A stretch of 64,000 bases of DNA from Eledone cirrhosa (GCA_964016885.1 OZ024740.1:82212001-82276000), one strand, 5' to 3'; shown: positions 12,929-33,492, counted from the first letter of the stretch. Notes: generated by a model not told the origin, from the sequence alone. Program-made: numbers and translations.

Positions 12929-13055
12929 CCCACTGATGAATTATAGGAGCCCACTTGAATATATATCTATTGATGGTATACAAGCTCCTACGTAAATTGG
13001 TATAATTTCACCCAAATTGTAGGAATCCTATAATGAAACGAGACATCCGTCTGGG
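12929..13055 (+). ncRNA. Type I hammerhead ribozyme with ~95-nt stem II domain; family copies at 33316-33442 (minus) and partial at ~42365-42606
   Basis: CCCA-CTGATGA-ATTATAGGA...TCCTATAAT-GAAACG-AGACATC-CGTC-TGGG: canonical core, 9-bp stem II base, GUC site. Confidence 0.78.
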
Positions 13056-13221
13056 AAGGTATGTGTCTTATGAAATAATACAGCCAATTTTCCACACAAT
13101 ACATTTAGTTAGCACCCCGAACGCAAAATTAGGAATATACTCACTTATTTCCTAATATTTGTTGAGTGAGTTGGAATTAGGCCGGAGTATCGCTAAAAAG
13201 CTTTCTCCGATAATGTATTTA

Positions 13222-13265
<44 letters not shown>

Positions 13266-13268
13266 TAT

Positions 13269-13347
<79 letters not shown>

Positions 13348-13455
13348 TAAAAGGAAAAGAAAATGGTGACAAATTGTTCCCAGTGAAAAATAGTTTAATT
13401 AGGAATAAGTAAAAATTAATAATAGTATTGGTTAGTATTCAGTTTTGGTTTTAAG

Positions 13456-13491
13456 TTTTACCGGTTGCGCATTTCTAATGCTTTTCAAAAA
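13456..13491 (-). ncRNA. U3-A8 hammerhead motif with GCAA instead of GAAA (identical copy at 18406-18441)
   Basis: Reverse strand: TTT-TTGAAAA-GCAT(TAGAA)ATGC-GCAAC-CG-GTA-AAA; homologous to the intact HHR at 28216. Confidence 0.6.
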
Positions 13492-13839
13492 TAATTTTGA
13501 GATAGAGCGCACGTGATGTTTGCTCTAATCTAATTAGTTCGGGAAATTCTACCTGTTTTATGTAAAAAAACGTGGCTCCAGATGTATGAAAAAATTCTTG
13601 TGGTCAAAACAATTTTGATTGGACGGTAGAGGTCATGTGAATCTTAAAAATTGATTTTGCGCCAAAAGTAGGTTTGTCTCGGCTGATTGGGAAGTCACTG
13701 AAAAATAAGTCTTTCAAGACAAATATGTGTGTGTGTGTGTGTGTAGTAGTAGTAGTAAAGAGGTTCGTTGCTGTGGTAATGGTCAGCAGGGATGTGTGTG
13801 CGAACCGCAGCATGTTGACAGTTCAAATGCATATTAAGA

Positions 13840-13884
<45 letters not shown>

Positions 13885-13977
13885 TAGTAGTAGTAAAGAG
13901 GTTCGTTGCTGTGGTAATGGTCAGCAGGGATGTGTGTGCGAACCGCAGCATGTTGACAGTTCAAATGCATATTAAGA

Positions 13978-14042
<65 letters not shown>

Positions 14043-14699
14043 CAGAGTAATTCGTGGTAGAGGTATGGTCAGTAGGAATGTGTCTGTACGTGTGTATTTT
14101 AACATGTTAAAAGATATTTTTCAGCTCTTGTCTTATACGGACAAGTGTGTGTGTGTATGTGTGTATATGTCTCTTTGTATGTTAATGTACGCGTGTGTGT
14201 GTGTGTGTATATATGTGTGTGTGTGTGAGAATGTGTGTGTGGGGGGGGGGGGGACCAGTATTTTTGTGATACTGGTAAAAATGGTGTACATTATTCGATA
14301 TTTTCAGTAAAAACGATTTTCTCAATAGAACATCAAAAACATTAATAATAAAAGGTGTGAAATGATATATAGTATTGGCATAATACCAAAGTGTGTGTGA
14401 GTGTCCAGATTGTACGTACTGCAAGGGGAATCCATTAGGCCTTGCCGTATTGGAATACTTGTGTACAACTATATATGTGCCCATCAGTGAGCAATGCATG
14501 TGTGCGTATATGTATGTGTGTGTGTCGGCACGTTTATATCTATAGACATCAAAAGATATGCAAATTTGTGTATATTTCTGTTGCACCATAGACATGTGTG
14601 TTTACGTATGTCATTGTGTTTATATGTGGATAGAGATGTATGCTGATGTAGGTATGTATGTTGACGTGTGTATGTTGTGGGTTCGTCTTAGGGAGAAGT

Positions 14700-17000
14700 G
14701 TTTAGACTGGGTCCGTATTTGTTAATAAAGTGAGATTCCTTGCTGATGCGCTGGGTTTGGGTGGCATTATCTTTAAATTTGTAGAGGGCAAAGATTCTGA
14801 AGTTGGGATGATTTTAGGCGGCACAGGTATCAATGTGTTCACTGAGTGGTATTTTCCTGTATTCCCGTATTTTAATTTGGGATCTATGGACAGTCATGCG
14901 TTGGCGGAGACTGTCTTTGGTTTGGCCTTTGTATTGTTCTCGACAAGCTGAGCAAGTTAATACATATATTAGATTTTCTGATGCGCATGTGAAATTGTGT
15001 TTTACTATAAAACGTTGTCCTTCTTTGACATATAATTCCGAACCCTCTATTAGGTTGATGCATATGCCACATTTAGGTCTATCGCATTTTTTTACTGTGG
15101 GTTTCGTTGTTGTCGTTGGCAGTACTTTGGCATGTGTTAGGATGTTTTTCATTGACTTAGATTGTCTTTTTCTCTTTATGATATCGTCTGTTCGTAGGAT
15201 TTGGTTCATTCTATGGTCCTTTTTCAACACAGGGATGTTCTGGAGGATGGTGTCAATGCCCTATTGTTGAGGGGGTTGTGTGTGGAGATGTATGGAAGAG
15301 CTTTTAGTTTCGGTTGATTTACTTTAGGGTGTCTAATGTCCTGGGTACTGAGTTTTAGGGCACGTTGTATTCCATTGTCAATTAGTGGTGCAGGGTAGTC
15401 CCTGCTTATGAGTGTGTCCTTTAGTTCTTGTAGCCGTAAGTAGCACGTGTTTTTATTGGAGACTATAGTACAGATTCTCTTGGCTAAGTTGTAGGGAATA
15501 TTAATGTTAACGTGTCTAGGGCGGCAAGAGTTGAAAGGAAGATACTGCTTGGTGTCTGTGGGCTTGTAGTATATGTCTGTTTCTATTTTTTTGTTATGGA
15601 TCTTAATGAGCATGTCGAGGAAGGGGAGTTGTTGATGGCTGTATTCCATGGTGAAGTTAATATTCGTGTTGAGCCCATTTATAAGGGTGTGAAATTCTTT
15701 AAGTTTCTCGATGTTTTCGTGCCAAAGGATGAAGCAGTCATCTAGATATCGCTTCCAGTTCCTTTCTATGTGTAAGTGGAGAGTGTTTCCAAATTTGTTT
15801 AGTACTTTAGTGTAGAGGGTGATTTCCAGGTATCCCATGACTAGGTTGGCATAAGTGGGGGCTGTTTTCGTTCCCATAGCGGTCCCAGATTTCTGCCTGT
15901 TGGGTTTGTTATTGAAAACGAAGTAATTGTTCTCCAAGATAAATTTAAGTCCCTCTATCACAAATTCTTTTTTGATGCGTTGTGGGTGTTCATTGTGGTA
16001 ATTATCCAGCCAGAATTGGATAGCTTCTATTCCTATGTTGTGGGGATGTTGGAGTATAGGTTGACTACATCGAACGTCACTAGTAGGGTTTGTTCAGAAA
16101 GGGGAATATTAGGGAGGTGATTGAGCATATCTAGGTCGTCCCTTATATAGCTTTTGATGTGTTTGAGAACAGGCTTGAGAAGGGTTTCAATGAAGTTGCT
16201 AAGGCGGTGGGTTTCGCAAGCGGGGCCTGCTATCATAGGTTTTAATTTGAGATCATTGGGTGAGGGGATATTGATGACCATGTCTGTGGCTTCCTTGCAT
16301 GCCTTACTTATTAATTCGCTTTTATGTACTTTAGGGATACCGTAGAAAAGGCCGGATTTACTTGTGAAGTCTGTGATGAAGCTGAATTCCTTGTTAGTGA
16401 GTCCTTCTTTGTATTAGTTGATCCGTGTTTTTAGGTTTCTCATAATTTTCTGTTGATTGTGGTGTTCAGCCTTTTCGTAGTATATTTCGTTTTCCAAAGT
16501 GGAGAGCGCTAAGTTGATATAGATTTCTGTCTCCTTTTGGACTACTGTACTCCCTTTATCAGCCTCTTTAATTGTAATGGTTCTGTCGGTTTTTAATCTA
16601 TATAATTCTTCACATTATTTCTTGTTGTGGTTTGGCTTGTGTTTTTGCCTGTGCAAGTGTTGGTAAGGGAAGTTTGTGATGTGTTCACAGAATTCGTCCA
16701 GGATTTTATTTTCTACCTTTTGATGGGGTGTAATTGCTTCTATTTCTGGCTAATGATTCATCCTCATTGTACTGGTCGAATAGTTCTTCACTGAATCGTA
16801 ACTTTCTACAGAAGTCTGTGATGTCTTCCTTCATTTCATAGTAGTAGGGTCAATGTGAATTTAAGACCTTTGGAGAGTAAGTTTATAAGGTTGGGTGTTG
16901 GTTCTGAACTAGTTAGATTGATCATTTTTAGTACTCTCGGTTTCTCCTTCTTGTCTTGTGTTATTTTGTTTGCCTGTATTTGTGTGCTGTGTCTAAAAAA
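14700..17000 (-). pseudogene. PLE ORF2: reverse transcriptase + GIY-YIG endonuclease, frameshifted
   Basis: ORF fragments 16033-16281, 15224-15961 and 14814-15230 are collinear with the 24918-27188 protein. Confidence 0.9.
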
Positions 17001-17166
17001 TGGTTGGGGTAGAGGGGTTGTCTGCTGATGTTAAGTGGTCTCCTGTGTTTGTTATATTCCTTGTTGTTGTAAAATGTGGTTCGGGTTCGTGGTTGTAGAT
17101 TGAATGGGGTGTTCCTGTATTGCGAGTATGGATGTGTGTTTCTATGTGTCATGTTGGATTGTGGTG

Positions 17167-18234
17167 TTATAGGTGGCCTACGTTATTGGTTGTATCGTGT
17201 GGTGTGGGTTTGTTGTGTATTGTGGAAGCGAGAGTTGAGAAAATGGAAATTATCTTGCTGTCCCCTTGAAGCGGGGAAGTTGTTACATCTATCATGGTGG
17301 TGGCATCCGCGTAGTAGTTGACTGATTTGGTATGGTGTCTCCTTGAAGGGGGAAAGTTGTAAATGTCATTCTGGGGGAGTTGATTTCTAGGGTTTTTGTT
17401 CCTTCTTATGGTAGCGAGGTTGGGAAGTTCATCTTCGGTGTGGTGCTTCCTTCTTCTTTTGTTAGTGGCTGGGGGGTTCGCGAAGTTGTTGTGCGGTTCG
17501 GTTATGGGTTTTCCTATTTTTATGAACGGGTTATTGGAGGTGTAATCCGTTTGAAAAATCGATTCATAGTGTAGGAACCAAGCGGCACATTTTTCCCAGC
17601 GTTGAAAGGATTTCAGTTCTTCTCTGTTGCAGAGAAGAACTGAAATCTTCTCTACCTTGGGGCCTTCAGTTTTACTGTTGATTTCCAGGAGGATCTCTTC
17701 ATCGATGGTTTTGATTTTTTCCTCATTTGTCTGGGCCCTCAATTTAAGAAGTTCAATTTCTGTCTTCATTTTTTCCAATGCCATTCTTTCCCTAAGGTGT
17801 CTTTGAGGTTCGGATTCATTTGGAATGGACTTTATTTGTATTTTACGGGGGAGAGTTAGAGGGGATGAGTTAAGCCGTTTTTCAAATATCTCCGCTTTGT
17901 TGTGATTTTGTATAATCTTCCAGAATGAGAACTTTCTGTCCCTGAGGGATTTGTTCCATTTTGGAATTGTTCGAATTTTCATTTTGTATGAATCAATCTC
18001 ACATGGTTCTTCGTTGATTTGTTCTGTGTTGGTAGTAGTGAACATAGTTTGGATAGTATCGCAAAGGTTTTGAAGTTTATCGCCGATTTCGGAGGGTTTG
18101 TATCCGGTGACGGTTTCCTCATTTGTGGAGTCAAGTTTGTCGACCAGCACAGATAGGTTGGTGTTAATTTTCTTGAGTTCCTGTAGAATCTCTTCATTTG
18201 TGTTGATAAGAGTTGTATCTGTTTTTGTTGGCAT
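17167..18234 (-). CDS. PLE family B ORF1: coiled-coil protein with basic N/R/Y-rich C-terminus (likely continues after a decay frameshift to 16961)
   Basis: 355-aa ATG ORF starting 60 nt downstream of the 5' pLTR. Heptad-like E/K/L runs (EEILQELKKINTNLSVLVDKLD; MALEKMKTEIELLKLRAQTNEEKIKTIDEE). No RT motifs. Confidence 0.75.
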   Translation of the reverse strand: MPTKTDTTLINTNEEILQELKKINTNLSVLVDKLDSTNEETVTGYKPSEIGDKLQNLCDTIQTMFTTTNTEQINEEPCEIDSYKMKIRTIPKWNKSLRDRKFSFWKIIQNHNKAEIFEKRLNSSPLTLPRKIQIKSIPNESEPQRHLRERMALEKMKTEIELLKLRAQTNEEKIKTIDEEILLEINSKTEGPKVEKISVLLCNREELKSFQRWEKCAAWFLHYESIFQTDYTSNNPFIKIGKPITEPHNNFANPPATNKRRRKHHTEDELPNLATIRRNKNPRNQLPQNDIYNFPPSRRHHTKSVNYYADATTMIDVTTSPLQGDSKIISIFSTLASTIHNKPTPHDTTNNVGHL

Positions 18235-18914
18235 GTTCGTGTGAGGATATGATATTTAAAAGAACAGAGGTGTAACACACGAGTTATGATATATTGGTAA
18301 ACGGAAAAATAAATGCTGACAAATTGTTCACACTGAAAAATAGTTTAATTAGGAATAAGCCAAAATTAGAAATAGTATTGGTTAGTATTCAGTTTTGGTT
18401 TTAAGTTTTACCGGTTGCGCATTTCTAATGCTTTTCAAAAATAATTTTGAGACAGGGCGCCCGTGGTGTTTGCTCTAATCTGATTCGTTTTGGAAATTCG
18501 ACCTGTTTTATGTAAAAAAAAGTGGCTCAAGATGTATGAAAAAATGATTGTGGTCAAAACAATTTTGATTGGTCGGTAGAGGTCATTTGAATCTTAAAAA
18601 TTGATTTTGCGCCAAAAGTAGCTTTGTCTCAGCTGATTGAGAAGTCACTGAAAAATAAGTCTTTCAAGACAAATATGTGTGTGTGTGTGTAGTAGTAGTA
18701 GTAGTAAAGAGGTTCGTTGTTGTGATAATGATCAGCAGGGATGTGTGTGCGAACGGCAGCCTGTTGACAGTTCAAATGCCTATTAAGACAAGTGTGTGTG
18801 TGTGTAGCAGAGTAATTCGTGGTAGAGGGATGGTCATAGGAATGTGTCTGTACGTATGTGGGGATATTTTAACATGATAAAATATATTTTTCTGCTCTAG
18901 TCTTATACGGAGAA

Positions 18915-18947
<33 letters not shown>

Positions 18948-19399
18948 ACTCTTTGTATGTAAATGTACGCGTGTGTATGTGTGTGTGTCTGTATATGTGT
19001 GTGAGAATGCGTGTGTGGGGGTGGGGGTGGACCAGTATTTTTGTGATACTGGTAAAAATGGTGTACATTATTCGATATTTTCAGTAAAAACGATTCTCTC
19101 AATAGAACATCAAATACCTTAATAATAAAAGTTGTGAAATGATATATAGTATCGTCATAATACCATGGTGTGTGTGAATGTCCAGATTGTACGTATATAT
19201 ATATATAATAGTAATAATAAATGTGAGGACTAAATTCCGAAGGAGGCCCGATAAGGTTATATATGTGTCGATATATATAAACCCGTAGAGCAAATATTTA
19301 TTATAAGAATAGATTAAAGTTTAAGCAAAGTTTCAGAAGATCGCGTAAAGAGTGAAATCAGCGACTCGTTGCTTAAATGTTACTGTTATTTTAATATAT

Positions 19400-19487
<88 letters not shown>

Positions 19488-19739
19488 TATGTTATATATA
19501 TTATATATATATATATATATTTATATATAGATATATATGTCTGTGTGTGTGTGTGTGCGCGAAGCATTTTCAGATTTTGACTGCCTTTCCCTATGCATTG
19601 AGTACTTCCATGATTATATATAAATATATATATATATACAGAGAGAGAGAGAGAGAGAAATATACACGGGTGTGTATGATTGTGTATAGAAGATTATGTT
19701 AATAAAAGGAATTCCAACTTTGTCTGATTTACTCGTTTT

Positions 19740-21030
19740 ATTTAAAATCCTTTAAAATTTATAATGGTATTAGAATGAAATAGTATGGTAGAATATTAAA
19801 TGTTAAGTGTTAATTGAACAAGTACTTTTATGCTTTCGCAATCTTCAGGTTCATAATGTGTGGTGACAGTCAAGTTTGCAATTTTCAACTGTAATGAGAT
19901 GGGTAAATGTCGTGCCTTAAATACAGTGAAAAGTGGCTCCAGAATGCTAAATCTTGCAAACTGTATTTCGACCAATCGGTGTGTAATTTCACTGGATTAC
20001 TATAGCTGATTGGTTTAGGCGTCACGGTTGGTTGAGCATGTCTAACGACCAATAATTGATCCTATCCAAAGCATCAATTGTTTTGCTATTTTTAGAAATG
20101 ATGAAAATAGCATTTTCTAGTAATCATCACCATCAACATCACTTTTATTATTATTATTATTGTTGTTGTTGTTGTTCGTGGTCGTAGTTGACATGGTCAT
20201 AGTCATAGTCATAGTAGGAGAAATACCCCATTATTATTGTTCATTTAGCTTGGGTTGGAATTTATCAATAAAATTATTTTCTTTGATTTTTCTCTTGATT
20301 TCACTTGGTTGTGTAATTTGTAGAATGGCAATATTATAAATATTCCCTGACCACATGTTGCTAGATGGTTACTTGGGGGTATCTGACGGATATTTTGGGT
20401 TTCTGATTTGCTGTCGATGTACCCGTGCACGTTCCGATAGTGCATTTCCAGTTTGACCGACATATATTTCTTCACAATTCGGGCATTTAATGCAGTAAAT
20501 TAGATTTCTGCTTTTGCAGTTCATATTTGCATTTGGGAATATTTTTCCAGTTTTTATTTTCATATATTGACCGGCGTGTTTGGATTGAAATGTGCCACAT
20601 CGACTATCATTGCATTTAGATACAGTGAATGATTGGTCTTTGTTGTTAAGGTCAAACTTTGCTTTTGTTAGTAATTGCTTCACATTTTTCGGCTGTCTTT
20701 TACTAGGAGTCAAACATCGATCTGTGATTAAGCCTTTTAATTCATTACTTTGAGCAATGATCGATAGGTTTGCTTTGGCAGTGTTGAAGATATTCTGGTG
20801 ACATGGGTTGTGTATCATTATAAATGGTATGACCAGTTCTTGGTTTCTTCTTCCTTGGGTTGTCCTAAGTTGTTGTATAGGTATTTTTATAGCCCGCTCT
20901 ATGCCATTCTCTATAAGTAGAGATGGGTATTTTTGTTTGAGCAAAATTTCTCTTAGTTCTGTTAGGCGTTTGTACCTGGTATTCGTATCTACTACAATGG
21001 TACACATTCTTCTGGCTAGACAGTATGGAA
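19740..21030 (-). mobile_element. 5'-truncated Penelope-like element (RT thumb + GIY-YIG + pLTR)
   Basis: ORF 20369-21007: KRLTELREILLKQKYP, SKCNDSRCGT, NLIYCIKCPNCEEIYVGQTG, RARVHRQQI. Confidence 0.88.
19815..19853 (-). ncRNA. Minimal type I hammerhead ribozyme lacking stem II
   Basis: Reverse strand: TGAAC-CTGAAGA-TTGC-GAAAG-CATAAAAGTA-CT-T-GTTCA; perfect 5-bp stem I, located in the 3' region of the PLE. Confidence 0.7.
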
Positions 21031-21043
21031 TGATATGTATGTA

Positions 21044-21091
<48 letters not shown>

Positions 21092-21134
21092 TATATGTAT
21101 ATATACATATACATATATACATATATATATATAT

Positions 21135-21848
<714 letters not shown>

Positions 21849-21849
21849 G

Positions 21850-28363
<6,514 letters not shown>

Positions 28364-28419
28364 AGGGTGTTAAAGTTTGCTTGAAGCATTGTGAAATGTG
28401 TAAAATATGTAGTTTAGAA

Positions 28420-31400
28420 AGCCACAACAATGCAGATGTGAAATCTCGAGGTAAGAAGTGAGTGAGAAATAGGAGAAAAGTGAAAATGAAAATGAAAACA
28501 AAACAAAGGTAGAAGGGTTACCGTAGTGGAGATTTAATCCCAATATTTCGGGCTCACGCCCATCAACGGGGGAAAGTTCCAAAAGGGGGGGGGGGGGGGG
28601 GGGGAACAGGCTAAGCCGGAGAAAGTTGTATTGTCGTTAAAACTTAGGAATGCCGTTATGGGGAAAATTCAAACGAGGGAAAGAATGTGCGTGCGCGTGA
28701 TAGGCTGTGGCAAAAGCTACTGACCAATTGGGTTAAATCAATAGGGTGCGCTAGCGTGTGAAAGCCGTAAAATATGTGTGTGTAAATATATATGTGTGTG
28801 TATGTGTGTATGTGTGTATGTATGTGAGTGTGTGTGTGTGAAAGATAGTGGGCCGTAGAAGCTGGAAAACAAAGAGTGCAAACAAGTCCTGAGCCAGGAC
28901 TTGTTTGCACCCATAAGGGACCTATTCAGACTATCGGAGATTCGTGCCAAACTCGGTTGCCAAATTACCTTCTTAAAATGCTGCCTAAAGAACAACATCA
29001 TTCCAACCACCATCAGGAATATACATTTACCCGAATGTTTACGATTACCATCCTTCGAAAACACCATCCGCCACATTCAACGCACGTTTATCAAGAAAAT
29101 ACTACAGCATAACCACCATCCACTGCGACTCCATATACAAACGCTCTCCGAGCACATAGATCGTATAGCTCCAACCCTCACCCCTGACCACCAGATCCAG
29201 AAAATACGCGAAGCTATCGATCAGTGTTACCACACCAGAATCAAATACGATAAACAGCGCCTTATACGGAAATACGAATGGACTGTAAACAAATACTACA
29301 ATGACAACATCCGCTCCCACAGACGGACCGACTACAACCACACCAGGGGCAACAGCGATACAACACCCTCCGCTACACCCCCCAACAGCGATCTACCTAC
29401 CAACGATGCTTCACACCTCGTTACCGACCTAACCGGTACCCTCACCAACGACGAACTCGAACTCCTGCGCCTCGGACCCAAGTTCATCATTACACAGCGT
29501 CTCGATGATAGACTGAAACTCGACATCGAAACCAACTTCTGTCGGACAGCATATCAATTGAAATGGCTAACCGCCATCCAAAACAACACCGAGATCGATT
29601 ACAACCCCCCCCCCCCCACACCCCACGTACCACCTCGACAACCCCCCCCCCCCCCACCTACCAACCACGAACTTGACACTAAACTACTCAGGTTGAAACA
29701 TTCTATCTCTAACATCCTTTCCCAACACACACACACACACACAATAAACGAAACCTCACCAATGCACAATTTAATACTCTCACCAACCTAAGATCCAGGA
29801 ACCTTGTTTACCTTCCCTCTGACAAGGGGAAAGAATTCTGTGTCATCTCGAGAGAGACCTACAACAACTTAGCTCTCAGACATCTTAATGACGACAGCCT
29901 CTACTTGAAAGTCACAGGGACCTCCTCGACTCTAATCGAGGAAGGCATTAACACCATATGGACTAACATCTGTGTCCAACGAAAACTGCCAAAGAAGGTA
30001 AAAAACAACATAATGACTCGAAACAGCAAACTACCCACCTTCTACCACCTGGTGAAAACCCATAAAGAAGGACCCGATTTGAAAATCAGGCCCATTGTCT
30101 CTAGCGTGGAGGGCCGACTTTACAAAATATCGTGGCTGCTCTCCACACTACTGAAACCCATTCTACACACACTACCAGCCCATGTCTGCAGCTCAAAGGA
30201 GGTCTTGGAGCGACTACACCATCTGGCGCCCAACACCAGAAAGGACAACGGATATGCCTTCAGTCTTGATGTGGTCGCCCTTTATACCTCCGTACCAGCA
30301 TCCCCAGCCGTCGACTTGTTGACCGAACGAGTCCGAGCATCTAACTTACACTGCTTCGGACTCACACACACGGACATCCACCAACTCCTCTCCATCGTTG
30401 TGGATAATGCATTCTTCAATTTCCTCGGCCACACGTACAAACAGATCTCTGGGCTACCTATGGGCTCTAATCTGTCCGGCATACTTGCGATCTCGTACAT
30501 GGACCACCTGGAACGCAAGGCACTCAACACCTACCTACCCAACGCCGTCGCCTTCTACTCCAGATACGTCGATGACATACTGATACTCACTTCTTCCCGG
30601 GAGATGGTGAATGAAATTCACCAAATCTTCAACGACACTGACCATCACGTCGATTTCACCATCGAACACCCTGGAGAAGACGGGTCACTCGCCCTCCTCG
30701 ACTTCCGTATCAACATCTCGGAAGAAGGAGACATAAACACCACCTTCTACCGCAAGGCAGCGTGCAAGGACTTATTTGTGCATTACAACTCAGCCCTCCC
30801 CAACAACGCTAAGAGAGGCTATGTTCTAAATGAACTTACACGGATCACTAATAGATGCAGCGACCCGATGGGTGGTCTCACCCATACCACGCAATTCCGT
30901 ACTCTACTCAAGTCTAATGGATATCCCAAGCGACTGATTAACGGAATTAGAGACCCTAGACCCAATAGACAGACACCCACTAGAAACTTAGGTAAAAGCA
31001 GGTGCTTCTTTAAAATCCCCCACCTGAGTGAATATACGACGAACGCCATCCTCAGGGCCATACGGAGGGAGGGACTTGACATACATTTGGCCCACACAGG
31101 ACCTTCGCTCCGAAGATGCCTCTCCAACAAACCCGACGAGTCAGATGGGACGTGTTCCCTCAGCAACTGCCCGATACGGGGGGCAGATTGCCTACGCACC
31201 TATGTCGTATATAAGATTCAATGCGATAAATGTAACAAGTTCTACATAGGTAGCACCATCCGACCCCTACATGTTCGTATCAAGGAACATGTCAACACCA
31301 ACGCATCTTCCTTCCGTAAACACATCCTTAAATGCGGAAACCCACAGGGCAGACCCTTGGTCACAGTCCTAGCGACTGAACGCAGCATCGGATCCTTAAG

Positions 31401-32066
31401 GATAAAGAAAGCACTTGTTATTAAGAACCTTAGACCCCCACTTAACAACCGGGCTGAGAGAAATGAACTGACATGGCTAATTTAACCATAGTGACCAGTA
31501 ACAGCCCCTACGGCCTACTATCTTTCATACACACGCACTTATATGTATACCCATACACATACACACACACATCTATATTTATACACGCACACATATTTAT
31601 ACAACCTACCACCTTTCACACTCTTTGTTTTCCAGCTTCTACGGCCCACTATCTTTCACACACACACACTCACATACATACACACATACACATATACACA
31701 CACATATATATTTACACACACATATTTTACGGCTTTCACACGCTAGCGCACCCTATTGATTTAACCCAATTGGTCAGTAGCTTTTGCCACAGCCTATCAC
31801 GCGCACGCGCATTCTTTCCCTCGTTTGAATTTTCCCCATAACGGCATTCCTAAGTTTTAACGACAATACAACTTTCTCCGGCTTAGCCTGTTTCCCCCCC
31901 TTTTGGAACTTTCGTGAGCCCGAAATATTGGGATTAAATCGCCACTACGGTAACCCTTCTACCTTTGTTTTGTTTTCATTTTCATTTTCACTTTTCTCCT
32001 ATTTCTCACTCACTTCTTACCTCGAGATTTCCCATCTGCATTGTTGTGGCTTTCTAAACTACATAT
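28420..32066 (+). mobile_element. Penelope-like element, family C, nearly intact, with inverted 5' pLTR copy (~28420-28877 = reverse complement of ~31618-32066)
   Basis: ORFs 28901-29791 and 29905-31485: LRLGPKF, PSDKG, IRPIVS, LDVVALYTSVP, GLPMGSNLSG, YSRYVDD, VVYKIQCDKCNKFYIGST...RIKEH. Confidence 0.95.
28901..31485 (+). CDS. PLE RT + GIY-YIG protein split by one frameshift at (CA)n 29725-29742
   Basis: The frame after the CA tract reads HNKRNLTNAQFNTLTNLRSRNLVYLPSDKGKEFCVI directly into the 526-aa ORF. The YVDD and GIY-YIG motifs are intact. Confidence 0.85.
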
Positions 32067-32152
32067 TTTATATATATATATATATGAATATGGAAGTACT
32101 CATTTAGCCACGCGCCTAAATATATATATATATATATATACGTATATACATA

Positions 32153-32191
<39 letters not shown>

Positions 32192-32200
32192 GTATACATA

Positions 32201-32262
<62 letters not shown>

Positions 32263-32475
32263 CATGTATACGTACATACATATATGTATACAGACGTACA
32301 GTAGTATGTATATATATATACATCCATGCACACTTATATATATATGTACGTATGGTTCACTGAACATTTATTATAATGCTCGTTGTGTTTGTAAACAAAC
32401 ATCCGGAATTGAGCAGTACAGTGTCTAGCAGCCATCGTTGCTCCTTTGTTCAACACTGACACACACACACACACG

Positions 32476-32529
<54 letters not shown>

Positions 32530-33094
32530 ATGATCTGTAATAATATATGTAATAATCTCCAGTTAGTTTTAGATACAATTTTGGCTGTATTGGGCTGCGC
32601 TTTCTAGCAAAAGGCCACCAGCCGTGAGCAACTAATCACATTCTTTCTAACTTGACCGCTGCTACGTCACGATTCTTAGCCATTTTTGAATTTATTCTTG
32701 GCGCGATCACTTTCGAAAATTAATTGTCTAAATTTGAGCTAACTCCTGAAGTGTCCGGTGCTCCATATGTCCAATGTTATCGGATATCTTAAAATGTGGA
32801 GGAAACCATGGTAGAGGTAACTAAATATGTTCACTTCTCTCCTAGTTTATTTTACACCTAATTCTGTTTAGTTTACTGTATATCTGGTCGATTTATACAC
32901 GCTGTCGAAATACTCGATAAATACTCCGTCGCAACCGCCGCGAAGGGCTGCTTTCGGTTATTTGTCGGAGATTTCTCCATAGAAGCCTTTATTATTATAG
33001 CTTGGTGTAATAGATTTTTTATATGGTTAATGATGCTAATTGGGAGAGGAAACGGTATGTATTTTATCTGGTGATTCTATAGACATGTTTTATG

Positions 33095-33130
<36 letters not shown>

Positions 33131-33492
33131 ATATATATATAAATACATTATCTGAGAAAGCTAATAGCGATACTCCGGCCAAATCCCAACTCACTCAACG
33201 AACATTAGGAAATATGTGAGTATATTCCTAATTATACTTTCGGGGTGCTAACTAATTGTATTGTGTGGAAAATTGGCTGTATTATTTCCTATGAGATATA
33301 TCAAATATATCTCTTCCCAGACGGCCGTCTCCTTTCGTTATAAGATTCCTACAATTTGGGTGAAATGACACCAATTTATGTAGAAATTTGCATAAGGTCA
33401 ACAGATACTTATTCAAGTGGGCTCTTATAATTCTTCAGTGGGTGCCCAATAATATTAATGTTGATAATTAAATCAACATATATATATATGTA

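Larger units (their letters stand above)
13344..19195 (-). mobile_element. Full-length two-ORF Penelope-like element, family B (Neptune-like), flanked by direct pLTRs 18294-19195 and 13344-14418
   Basis: ~900-bp direct repeats flank ORF1 and a decayed RT-EN ORF: LLSKGLKF, FDVVNLYSNIP, GTAMGTKTAPTYANL, WKRYLDD, CDRPKCGIC, LIYVLTCSACREQYKGQT. Confidence 0.93.

Noticed and set aside
13726-14001. Repeat-spacer (CRISPR-like) pattern
   Set aside because: A simple ~138-bp tandem duplication between (GT)n tracts in one pLTR; eukaryotic context, no unique spacers.
28538-28575. HHR in family C pLTR (GGGC-GTGA-GCCC-GAAA-TATT-GGG)
   Set aside because: The 5' core is non-canonical (CGTTGAT) and is deleted in the 3' pLTR at ~31911; probably decayed, not counted.
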